Below are positions 11,301-19,800 of a stretch of DNA of 64,000 nucleotides, piece by piece (the stretch's first letter is position 1; every line of letters begins with the position of its first letter). The stretch lies in the IMG/VR virus record IMGVR_UViG_3300030329_003387; one strand, written 5' to 3'. The notes under the pieces are model-generated. The model was not told the origin of the DNA and did no database searches. It saw nothing but the letters and a program-made list of their open reading frames with translations. The DNA comes from a virus. Made by a program: the position numbers and the translations under genes.

Positions 11301-14300
11301 AAAGGTCCGTTACAAGGACAAACCACGTCTGGCCAATACGGATCTTGACAATTATCTCCCTTGCATTGTTTCGATGCTTTTTCTTCCCATTGAACCGCTT
11401 GCCATTCTTCGACAGTGAAAACATTTGCTGCAAAATTTCCTTTCACATCAAACGATTGAATCATATCGCCGTCTTCTAAACCATGACGCTTGCTCGTAAC
11501 AATCACAGGTCTAGTATTGCTAGCCATTTCAATGTCTTTAGTTCCGCCTTGACCTTTACAAGCGTCAACTACATAGCTTGACCTAGCCGCATCTGGATAT
11601 AGACCAGTTCTTCCCCAATAATCTAAATTTTCGCCAACACCCTTTTTGCTTGGCTGTACTATTCTAGGGTCAAGGATAATATCCTTAACCTCTTGTTTCA
11701 TAGGGAATACATCACCTACAGCAAAAGCCTCCGGAGTGTCCCATTTTGGACTAAAGTAGTCTCCATTTTCGTCCCATCCGTCAGTTCTCTTATTCCAATC
11801 ATCATATATGTTCCAAGTGGCAATGCCGGGAATTCCACCCATAGCACCGCAGTCAATCCTACCTAAAACATTATTTCCATGCCTTGTTCTTATTACTCCA
11901 CCACCAGTTCCTCCACCACCCCAGCTTCCACCAACTTCCATACACCATTCAAAAGAAACAACTCTGGTGTCGCTACATCCGTCAAATTGTAAAGCTGAGC
12001 ATTCTGTGTAGCACTGTTCTAGCTTAGAATCAGACTGACCCATTAAGCCTTTACAATTGCCATTATTATCTCTTTCGCAATCACAAGTTGGGCCTGAGAC
12101 CATCTCGCATTCATACTCGATAAACCTCGTGCCTGTTGTGCCGTCAGCTTTTGTAAACTGTTCTTTTGCCACTCGGTCTGTGATAGTAGATGGACAAGAT
12201 CCGGGATTGTCTGGGTCGCTATAATAAACCTGACCGTCACAGACACAGACCTCCTCTTCAAAGTCATAATGACCATAGCCTTGTGAGGCATTAGCAGAGT
12301 GCATTTGATTAAATACACATTTTCCGGGATCTTTTTTATTCTCTAGCCCTCTTGTGTACGCCTGAAGTTTTTCTCCAATTTCAGAACAAACTTTATTCTT
12401 GTCTTGAGGACCGTTAGCAAAACCAACAAAGTCATGTTCAAACCAATAAGCTAAACCAGTCCATGCACAATGACTTCCGAAGTTTTGATTTATACATCCG
12501 TTAAATAAATTACGATCAGATTTTGCTTGCGCTAAGCTCTTATAAAAGTTTTGCTTTCTTTCGGTAGCTTTAAATGGTTGGTATTGAAGATTTAACTTTC
12601 TTAGAGCAAAGTCTCCGGGAGGATGATAAGACCTTGCGTTGTGAGGTTCCATGCCTATTTGATTTTCCCAGTACAAAGCTTGTGCGCATGGACCATGATC
12701 ATAGTCTGCCCCTTTACCAGCCCAGTGTATACCCGGATTTGTATGCTTTACACTTAACTCATAAGCATCTCTTCCTCCCGTGGCCCAATCCGCTTGACCG
12801 TCATCATTAAAATCCCAACGGTAACACCAATCAAGATGTTTTCCACCAATGGAATAAGAACCATCTTCATTTTCAGTTTGAGAAGAGCCTTCTTGTGGAT
12901 CTCCGGGATAAAATCCAGCAGGATTTCCCCACCAGCCATACTGTTCTCTCCAGCCGCCACGCTGGTCATTACTACCCGGAAATGGAGATAGCTGTGTTAG
13001 CCTAAGATTGGAGCAGTTCATTATCTGATCCATCGGTATATAGAGTACCGTGACTTCTCCAGTTCCAGTTCCGGGATTTATTGTATTTCCATAAGCATCT
13101 GTTTCGGGGTCAAAACAGTTTCCATAATAGCCACATTCTTTAATAACAAGAGTAAAACCACTATTAGCTATGTCTGCATACGCAGCTTCGTCACCTCTCT
13201 GAAATGAACTGAATGATGGTCCGGCTCCCATTGTGTCACCCATATTAACAATACTACCGCTTTCTATTCCCGGTATTAGAGTGACTGTCTTTTCGCCATC
13301 TACGCATGTGTTTTGTCTAGAGCCTTTTATATCGTCGAAACCCTTAGCCATTTCTGGAATCCACGCAGGACTAGTATCACTAATACCTTCACCTGCACAT
13401 AAATGTCTTCCTTCAACTGGATGCATCAGTTGTGCATACCCATCTGTGCTTGATAGAAAAGTAAGAGCATCATATTCAGAAGTGCTTAACTCTCTCCATT
13501 CCTGACTCCAGTAATTTCTAGCTAGCTTATCTCCTCCATACTTATACTTGACATCTTTAAATGGATCAGTATCATCAGGTTCAGGCAATAGGCCAAGTTT
13601 TATGCACTCCCATTTATTTTCTACTAAATCATGCTCTCCCGGATCTTCTCCTTCACCAAGCGGAGTACCGTCCGCTTTGACAAGTAGTATAGTTCCGTCT
13701 TCAAGCTTAGTTCTACAGGTAGCTCTTTCAAAACATTCCTCCTGATCTAGAAATCTTTCAGCTCTATATAAAAGTCTTCCTGCCTGTTGACAATTGTGAG
13801 CGTGCTGCTGATCGCCTCCATAAGATTCATTATGTATTGTTATGAACTTTCTTCCTTCTCCGCCGCTCGCAGGAACATCCTGACCTTCCGAATAGCAAAC
13901 TTGCCAATCTGTTGTTGCAAACTCAATCTTAGTTTCTTCCCCAATACCAACATCCTTCACACACATTGAGGGTACAGGAAATCTCTCTCCATTCGGCAAA
14001 GGAGCTACCTCTTCATTTTTTTTCGAGAGGTCGTAAATGTAGTCTTTATAGTGTTTTATAAATGGGTTTGGCTTGTTCGTCGTGAGACCTAAATAATCTG
14101 GAAACTCACTAAAAGGATTTCTATCTGAGGACCAATTATGATCTTCTAGATTAATTATTTCTCCCATTAAGAAAATATTTTCAAGATGCTGCCTTTCTAT
14201 CGGTAGCTGTCCTTGATACGGATTGTCATTGTAGTACCAATCAACTAAGTTAGGACGAAAGGATCTCTCTCTGTCGAAGTTTGAAATTGAGCTTGTGGGC

Positions 14301-14929
14301 GGAAAGGGAACGCCGTGCTGATCGTAGAATGGTCTGCCGGTTTCGCCTACAGGACTTCGATCATGCGTAGTAAATGTATCTAAACCGATATTGCCCTCTT
14401 TACCAAAATATCTACCGGCGATTCTGTTCTGGGTTTCTAAAAAAGGATCTGGCGTACTACGGTGAGGTGGTTTTGAGCAATGAGAACGACCGCGCCAAGC
14501 ACCTTTATGATATCTAAGAACAAACTCTTCGGTTGCACCTCCAGCTCTAGCCAGTTCTCTGCTAGTTTTATTCCAAGTCGCACTAGTTTCCCATTCGCCC
14601 TCTAATGTTTCACAATCACTTTTGTTATTTGCTTCTTTACCTAAACATGTTCCATTGTTAGCTTCACAGTCTTCAGGAGTTTTGTCATTAGTTTTTCCGT
14701 TTGATGCGTCTACACAAAATGGATCTACTTTTGCAATGCCAATTTTGATTTCGTTTGGCAGCATACAGTTTCCTTCAGCGCCGTAAAAGACAGACTTACA
14801 GCCACATCCAATATTGCATGGATGTCCACCGTTATTGTCTTGTCCCGGACGGGTATGGCCGGATTTTCTACCAGTTCGGTAGTTTGTCAGCCCTTCAGCT
14901 GATGTATCAAAATTGTCCCCTAGTCCCAT
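5327..14929 (-). CDS. Giant (3200 aa) Cys-rich putative tail-tip/adhesin protein with two FCCH-like beta-barrel domains
   Basis: About 140 Cys by hand count; ASNTRPVIVTSKRHGLEDGD and TTYSEHDLRDGERIIISG motifs; last large gene of the tail module. Confidence 0.7.
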   Translation of the reverse strand: MGLGDNFDTSAEGLTNYRTGRKSGHTRPGQDNNGGHPCNIGCGCKSVFYGAEGNCMLPNEIKIGIAKVDPFCVDASNGKTNDKTPEDCEANNGTCLGKEANNKSDCETLEGEWETSATWNKTSRELARAGGATEEFVLRYHKGAWRGRSHCSKPPHRSTPDPFLETQNRIAGRYFGKEGNIGLDTFTTHDRSPVGETGRPFYDQHGVPFPPTSSISNFDRERSFRPNLVDWYYNDNPYQGQLPIERQHLENIFLMGEIINLEDHNWSSDRNPFSEFPDYLGLTTNKPNPFIKHYKDYIYDLSKKNEEVAPLPNGERFPVPSMCVKDVGIGEETKIEFATTDWQVCYSEGQDVPASGGEGRKFITIHNESYGGDQQHAHNCQQAGRLLYRAERFLDQEECFERATCRTKLEDGTILLVKADGTPLGEGEDPGEHDLVENKWECIKLGLLPEPDDTDPFKDVKYKYGGDKLARNYWSQEWRELSTSEYDALTFLSSTDGYAQLMHPVEGRHLCAGEGISDTSPAWIPEMAKGFDDIKGSRQNTCVDGEKTVTLIPGIESGSIVNMGDTMGAGPSFSSFQRGDEAAYADIANSGFTLVIKECGYYGNCFDPETDAYGNTINPGTGTGEVTVLYIPMDQIMNCSNLRLTQLSPFPGSNDQRGGWREQYGWWGNPAGFYPGDPQEGSSQTENEDGSYSIGGKHLDWCYRWDFNDDGQADWATGGRDAYELSVKHTNPGIHWAGKGADYDHGPCAQALYWENQIGMEPHNARSYHPPGDFALRKLNLQYQPFKATERKQNFYKSLAQAKSDRNLFNGCINQNFGSHCAWTGLAYWFEHDFVGFANGPQDKNKVCSEIGEKLQAYTRGLENKKDPGKCVFNQMHSANASQGYGHYDFEEEVCVCDGQVYYSDPDNPGSCPSTITDRVAKEQFTKADGTTGTRFIEYECEMVSGPTCDCERDNNGNCKGLMGQSDSKLEQCYTECSALQFDGCSDTRVVSFEWCMEVGGSWGGGGTGGGVIRTRHGNNVLGRIDCGAMGGIPGIATWNIYDDWNKRTDGWDENGDYFSPKWDTPEAFAVGDVFPMKQEVKDIILDPRIVQPSKKGVGENLDYWGRTGLYPDAARSSYVVDACKGQGGTKDIEMASNTRPVIVTSKRHGLEDGDMIQSFDVKGNFAANVFTVEEWQAVQWEEKASKQCKGDNCQDPYWPDVVCPCNGPFLYGPNNEYCSGVIVKGEDPPPADFFVVKKVDEHNFALYTCDGEPLDGQVEENLHEPQCEEEGIRMCASVFASPVEVPTAQVTVTEDLVNPKLVKLDPPVDLHTTDSILREKAGETDCIEYGNCEIVDPPYDPVWSVMTKHECNSLKNNYKRVEAPTDKGKDPVYVPKQNSNDNHPCGDDCWRPLEWITVKSFKSYQGASGAGDGVSVYTACPFTGSWRLATAATPYTFEGDPNAPKYRTGWTDIFPKDSSKAENFYVWLDQEETCPVCCDHFLPNTLFATITGDRDAGGSTEIEDYMLSGEIATTLHNPAKDVCKERSAGGTTVGDWKDSTTVKEGMQGLEPGEDWRDRCVDDGLLERELQKGKLETTVPCGINKCTGKMHDSVLNYWGLPVGGRYCCDCGTYIAPLGGHGSWHQKCFDCGNAIRFDDPRWPDQVYKHADKSGDFCCDCDCDPGPDSGVQDVNALQYPTSKQVMDNAPNGCDNTIGNLSCKTVTSGKCELVPGASTCEGLNSLGSSRALTDAQMKVLCEGGATGTNIATGCTWTDPIPDTTIPGTCTGTFNNSGKYCFEASKDANGNGGSKDEQDCISGDLSPCQFNLDLASCECGDVNGDIPCFGFPNGRPMKCESETIKPSIPVGCPIESKGNWDAQNETWTNNAAVVNPRTGNKGCGERNTYAMPTSHCYDFVPLDGPKNVGGKKDYKDGCHGMGTKTVKMEYNGSHWISDWEVMMGDSPKTKTLNSGPSYNHFVGGMSCEHYFQPDKCLTHHCADARWGCESGDAGSCQQCGGTWVKAKNYKPGWASTGFTMDMNCGGCATLGWTQYKEPPVPTPVKDAHLMRLRMGCGGAFQQYTGRDTLKGGDNYRNNQLAMFLEVTHCHYPDCNKLSAMDSFNPPCPNSFIIGDGILEVDRAGVISEGGQGGFKLGVNGYDPFFWKGRCDIEWMPGGPANKGSKEIVNGYCKLPVRPPAEVDPENDPGNIASFPCGEVCHSGERANAKTHKANGVCEEVPTLIEHPQSTHVEYCYELGHTFDSCQAAILDPLCAEPSVGGATPDCTGLWVVADEASECGVFSGRGSAGVNPEKADINNQEWVGSSFKGETGNLGTFFKGPTGRTWYEPVNPVPYFHDCMSTPFVVGSPMHCDAQLPCTECCEFNKNIADASHYEDPANYVTCATASDISTLHGGPYGIQGSQIPEGKWINYHGGKQPENFEVFHMDWVDSYNTIGTGKGNIARLVVRKNSRYNCGWTEGTVVNTGMADRNEAETGTYGGSTRDKLSKNPAMDYQMFRRGSSKLAKSIPNGFGRWGVDTDKFSDTYLQNGTSPEDQSDYMEIFVRDPHVLKSRAHVLNDHLYRMAGGYEQPINSDGTANSDPWPYGDKLWPVGVQSDQRIPKGGPANDLHLEHLGPNFVRESRRGFTPTLSNILDPKRAVFLSDIPLIETNYELDADGNPDTTKPKPIYHNDLNLSLSFKSVENVYDYNKSFCTNPEFNNKADCEEQGQCYKNKKDPTDPDVKVDASSPLNDLSSCEGDKDHYWVKTAWWYPKFLYTKLTTYSEHDLRDGERIIISGGKNTEATCLNVPYLHPSSGMPGSSTLGMFESPLPTGMDMEMVDQVMCEDVLGGEWYFDAVDPERLKMGCPPLCKLDELISTMETCDCQNCVHCIDEPETCYEKDKGHADYPKNDWVRVNLGKDLCVSDKAGSSPFGRSPKERKFVEEQCVCPQASYEGGHVVSVISPTEIKIHYEATPIHKSPAVNEREWDETLKYQVCNEKSKSHPDYPNNPWRPIPTSVREEQIRIFGANGNAVTTCSSDKDFDRDLVVVMPDEILTTEDLVNQSLVATNEPVPLTYLGHHVTLGSPKDLYRGMQYIAPTPDSDGNFGPYFGCQWSRSGGSFRIKVGQEVPLDDCKQGESSTPTMLHWLFTFNDEVCNHYLPIIDEDCGNINQETCNRGYGPYTEAIMDVNRPFGFPAQALLRVDVHEGSASNAADPKLGTKYPE

Positions 14930-14937
14930 CTTTTATC

Positions 14938-16803
14938 TTACCCCAATGAGGATGCTGGATAGTTATCATCCGGCCCACAATCTTTAGTAGTTGTCATTCC
15001 CTGCACCATAACTTTTCTAGTACAAGCACCGTACTCGCCAGCTTCACAATGGGCGTTAGTTACCATTTCTACACCCATAAACTCACCCTGTAAGATAACA
15101 TGAACAGGAATGCTTTCACTAACTCGTATAGCTTGCCCTCCAGCCCCGCATCCAGCACCATCTTTTGATCTCATATATGACACGGTGACTCTTCTACCAG
15201 TATCATAACTAAGAAACGAGTCTCCTAGCATAAGACCTTGGTTTAATGGGTTTTCAATTATAATTCTTTGATATAACACCGACAAAGCTCTGTGACTGTA
15301 TTCCTCATCAGCTTCATTTACACCTTCAAGCTTGTCTTGTAAATATTCAAATTTGCCATCATAGCTAGAACCCCACCCATGACAAGGAGTACCAATTCTT
15401 CTAGAAAATGGATCTGAAGCCATAGTTTTACTAAACTTATCACCACAATCAGACCTAACATTTCTACCAGAAACAACATGACCCATAGATCTTAGTATAA
15501 TTGCATCATAAAATGGAACACAAGCTGTAGTAGGATCTTCACAAGATACATATGGTCCGGCTGGCCCCTTTTTTACTTGGCACTTACCGCACCACTGAGA
15601 GTCTTCAGGGTCGTATATTTCTATGTCTGGGTAATATTTACTTTTTGGAAAATAAGTATCATACTTACATTGTTTAGAAGGGCATGGGTTTCTATACACT
15701 CTACCTCCACCAGTAGTATTTCCTACACCAAAGTTCCAACTATTTCTTCCGTCTTCACCAGCTGTTGGTAATATACATCTAGCAGCTTTAGATAGATAAA
15801 CTTTATTTTCTCCCGGAGCAGTCCAGACTTTTCTGTCGGTATCCCACCTTAAATCCACAGGACCAGTCTTCCATTTGTCTATCCTTGATAAGTGACCTGA
15901 AAGAAAGTGCTTCTGAGGTTTGTCTTCTTCAAGATAGTCTGGAAGCCCCGTTGGTTTTCCATAGTCTTTTGATTTTGCTGAGGTATTTTTAAATTCCGCG
16001 TCAAATTTTTTGTTAGGGACAGGGTTTGATTCTAGGTCATACCCCCAACCAGTTATGACAAGAGGTCCTCTTAAAGACATAGGTCTCGCTGCACCTTGTG
16101 GTCGTGTATTTATTTTACCGAGTGCAGGCTCATCTTCTCCATGACCACCTTCATCAGCCCTAACATCTACATTTCCGGGCTGAGAACCTCTATTGACTAC
16201 TGCTATATGATGACCTTTAGCAAAAGGATTCAAGGTAGCTGAAGTAACAACACCAGAGCCGACATGCCACCATTCTATTAATCTTGAGGGCTTTTCGTAG
16301 GGAGGCAGTCTGTTTTGATTAATACCCGGCCTTCCCGTTCCTCCTTGTGGATCTGCATACTCAGCCCCTTGACCTTCAGGTTTTCTTTCAACAAAAGTTG
16401 TAGACATTGGAAGTAATAAACCATCACTACTCATGGCAGATGTAGATTGATGCTTTAGTTTATCTACAGTCCCTCCACCTCTTGGATCATCTAACCCTTG
16501 AGCTTGGTTAGTTGTGTACTGAGATTTGTCAACCATTGCAACACTAGGAGCTGACGTGTCTTCTGTATAACCGTCTGGGTTGTTTGCGTCAGTAGGAATA
16601 ACTTCTATTCCATCTTCATTTTTTTGAGTTATCGGTTCTCTATTGGGTTCTCCAAGAGAACCTTTAAATATGCCAGCACCATAACGAGGCTGTCTTGGTT
16701 GATTTGAACCAGCCCTTTGTTCACGTCTAGTAGACTTAGACTGCTCTCTAGTCTGCTTACGCTCTTCTCTTCTTTGTCTTAATTTATCTCCGAAATTTCC
16801 CAT
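14938..16803 (-). CDS. Putative tail-tip protein, low-complexity N-terminus and Cys-rich C-terminal half
   Basis: Tail module position; RBS AGGAGAG; LRGPLVITGWGYD and WKTGPVDLRWD conserved-looking segments. Confidence 0.5.
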   Translation of the reverse strand: MGNFGDKLRQRREERKQTREQSKSTRREQRAGSNQPRQPRYGAGIFKGSLGEPNREPITQKNEDGIEVIPTDANNPDGYTEDTSAPSVAMVDKSQYTTNQAQGLDDPRGGGTVDKLKHQSTSAMSSDGLLLPMSTTFVERKPEGQGAEYADPQGGTGRPGINQNRLPPYEKPSRLIEWWHVGSGVVTSATLNPFAKGHHIAVVNRGSQPGNVDVRADEGGHGEDEPALGKINTRPQGAARPMSLRGPLVITGWGYDLESNPVPNKKFDAEFKNTSAKSKDYGKPTGLPDYLEEDKPQKHFLSGHLSRIDKWKTGPVDLRWDTDRKVWTAPGENKVYLSKAARCILPTAGEDGRNSWNFGVGNTTGGGRVYRNPCPSKQCKYDTYFPKSKYYPDIEIYDPEDSQWCGKCQVKKGPAGPYVSCEDPTTACVPFYDAIILRSMGHVVSGRNVRSDCGDKFSKTMASDPFSRRIGTPCHGWGSSYDGKFEYLQDKLEGVNEADEEYSHRALSVLYQRIIIENPLNQGLMLGDSFLSYDTGRRVTVSYMRSKDGAGCGAGGQAIRVSESIPVHVILQGEFMGVEMVTNAHCEAGEYGACTRKVMVQGMTTTKDCGPDDNYPASSLG

Positions 16804-16816
16804 TTTTCTCTCCTAA

Positions 16817-19800
16817 CTATATAGGCTGAAACCCGTTAGCGAGATCGTGAGCTAGTTGAATGAAGTCTTCAGCGCCTTGACGCATTCTATTCTCATATAT
16901 CTCGTTAAGTTTATGGGCTTTTCTTTGTGTTTTCATTGTGTAGGTTGTAGTAACGCCATTATCACCAATATTTATACTAACATCTGTTACATATGGACCT
17001 GTGTCTAATAGTTGAAGACCCATGATTGTAGGTTTATTTGTGTCTAAAGTGCTTGGAAGTCCAGCTAAAGTAACAGTACCACTTTCATTTGCTACACCAT
17101 TAGTAGCGCCAGCAGGCTCTACAGCCGCTTGAAGTTTAGCAGTTGCCGCTAACTCCATATTATCAAATCCTCCAAAATTTTCTGGAGCAAAAGTATTATC
17201 AATTTCTAACCTTGCTTTACCAAAACCTCTACCTTCTGCCCAAGGACCCCATCTATACCTATTGCTTTTCATAGGAACTCCAACAGTCCAAGGCTTAAAC
17301 ATAGCTGCGGCTAAACTAAATCTTCCACTACCCTCTTTATCATTGTCACCAATATAGTTGAATGTGTTGAATGCGGCTCTAGGATGGTTAGCATCTCCGT
17401 GGAACAAAGTCCTCCCGTCATCAACGCGCCAAAGAGGAATAGCTGCCAATGTTGCATATCTGTTTATTTGACCGTCAGCACTAATAAAGCTATTCAACGC
17501 ACCTACGTTTCTTCTCCAGAATGAATTAGCAGGAACCCCATTTAATCCACCGCCATAAGTGGGAACCATAGCTTGAACCATATCGGTATCGTTATAAACA
17601 GCGGGACTTGCTATCTCTATCATAGCATATGGCTTCACAGTTCCACTCGTCGCTCTTCCTGTTTGTATTGCGTATGTTGTAGGATTCCACAACCAATATA
17701 CCTGTTCGTCTACCATAGCTTTTGAATAAACTTTGCCAATACTGTCGCCGCCCATAGAATTTGCAGGCATCAAATTGGTAACGTGATACTGAGTAGGATC
17801 TAACTCTATAGGAAATCCACCATTAGGAAAGTAGATACTTGACATATTTTTACTTATGACTTGTTTGTGCATGTTAGGATAAACAGCAAAAGGCATAAGC
17901 TTTCCAGACTGATCAAAGAAGCTTATATTTTGTGGGTATCTTTTTGCAAGCTCTGGAGTTGTTATATCAATATCAACCCAGCCAGACTGAGATGGCTCCC
18001 AAGAAGATTCAAATTGATAAACTTCATCGCTTATTTGTCTTAGATGTTGGCCTACTTCGTTAGGGGTAAATGGAAGAGGGACTAAATATTTTCTGCCGTA
18101 AAATTCATTAGCTACTTTAGCTACTCTTTGGTAAACTTCAGAAAGCGTCGATTCTACGGTCGCTCCTTGAACTTTTGTTCCAGCCCCAGTTCCTGTGTCT
18201 ATTTCCACCTCCTGCATTCTTCCGTCACCACCAGCGTTTGCATCCGTAGCAACGCCTGTGTGCTGAACCCCTAGCCATCTATTAAAGCTATGTACACTAG
18301 AACCTCCCATAACAGTTATTGGTTTTGTGTATTTGATATCGCCGTTTTCATCTTTTTTGCAAGAACCAACCCCTTCTCCAGCTGGTATCGTGCCAGCTTG
18401 AGAATCTTCTATTGTATAAGTTTCACAAGTAATAGAGCTATGTACACTCCCACTTAAATCAAAAGCATTAGCAGCAGCTGTTGTTGTCCCCATTTGCATA
18501 GGACATGTAGATGCTCCCATATTACAGTGCAGCCAAGGTTCAAATATTATAGTATACTCCCTCCAAGACTCCTCCCCTTCAATAGCAGCTCTTAGTGCGG
18601 TAACCGTTGTATAATAAAAATGACTATAATCTCCATTATTAGTTACCGGACCACCTCTCCATCCAGTACCAGCTAGGTTAATTGGTATTACATTTACTGG
18701 AGGTATATGCCAGTCCCAACTAACAAGCCTCCCCTTATTGCCGTCTGGGTTTTTACAGTAAGTACCAATTAAATTGCCGCCCTTCATTTGGGGTCTTAGC
18801 ATATAAGGATTTTCTAGACAGTGATTACTAATTTCATTGTTAAAACAACAGTCTTCATTGATAAAAACACTAGATCTATTGTCAAACTTTTGATTTAGTA
18901 ATTTATATCTATATGTCGGACCTGCCTGTCCGTGAGAGTAACACCAGCTATGATATGGATTTTTACAAACAGGAAGTTTTGCTTCATATCCAGTTGGATT
19001 TTTTACAACCATTGAAGTACTGCTTCCAATGACAGGCATAGTTCTTCCTGATACAGGAAGGTTCACTGTACTGTAAGGATTATAATATTCAAATATTGTG
19101 AATATACCCTCATTAGTATCGAAGTCATTGTATGGGTTGTCATCAGCAAAACCGCCCATAATAGGAATACCTTCAGCTCTTTGCTGCAATAAAGCAATAG
19201 AGGCAAACGGTCCTTTTAGTTTATCAACACCCTTTAAGAAGCCCCAACAAGGGAAAATGTCTAATAAGCCGTCACCCCAAGTTCCTGTAGGCATAAATGG
19301 AGCTTTAGTTCCTGCTGGAAGAGGGCCAGCTAAGTTAGCTAATCCAGCAGCAGTATTCATGTTAGGAACTAAGGATTTTCCATAAGCGATATAATCGTCA
19401 TTAGATGCTGGAGAAGGACTTGCGGGTACATTACTTATAGCACCAAGAACGCCACCAGAAGCTTGATCATAGCTATGACCTCTTACGTATGGAAAATTAT
19501 GAGGGTTATACCATCCGGGATTGCCATAAGTTACTCCGTCATGCTCCATACTTGGGAGAAATTCCTGAAGTTTCTCAGAACCAGCAGTAAATCTTTCACG
19601 TATCATGCCCGCATTTATGCGCGTAAACCAGCCAATATCACTGACACCCACAACTCTAGTTCTCTCAGCGCCTAACATCATTATTCCGGAAAGAGGGTCC
19701 TTGTATTCATAACCCATACTTTCAGACACAATTCTGTTAGTCCAAGGATGACTTGTTCCTGTTGCTCCACAAACTTCGTCATCATGAGCTGTGTCTATAG

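Noticed and set aside
5327-14929. Multiheme cytochrome or eukaryotic/NCLDV origin of the Cys-rich giant protein
   Set aside because: No repeated CxxCH motifs (only one CxxxCH) and no signal peptide; the context is a Shine-Dalgarno-led tailed-phage operon.
16803-16819. Readthrough or frameshift fusing the 1399-aa and 621-aa genes; alternative genetic code
   Set aside because: The downstream gene has its own strong AGGAGAG RBS, and genes tile densely in the standard code with TAA, TAG and TGA all used as stops.
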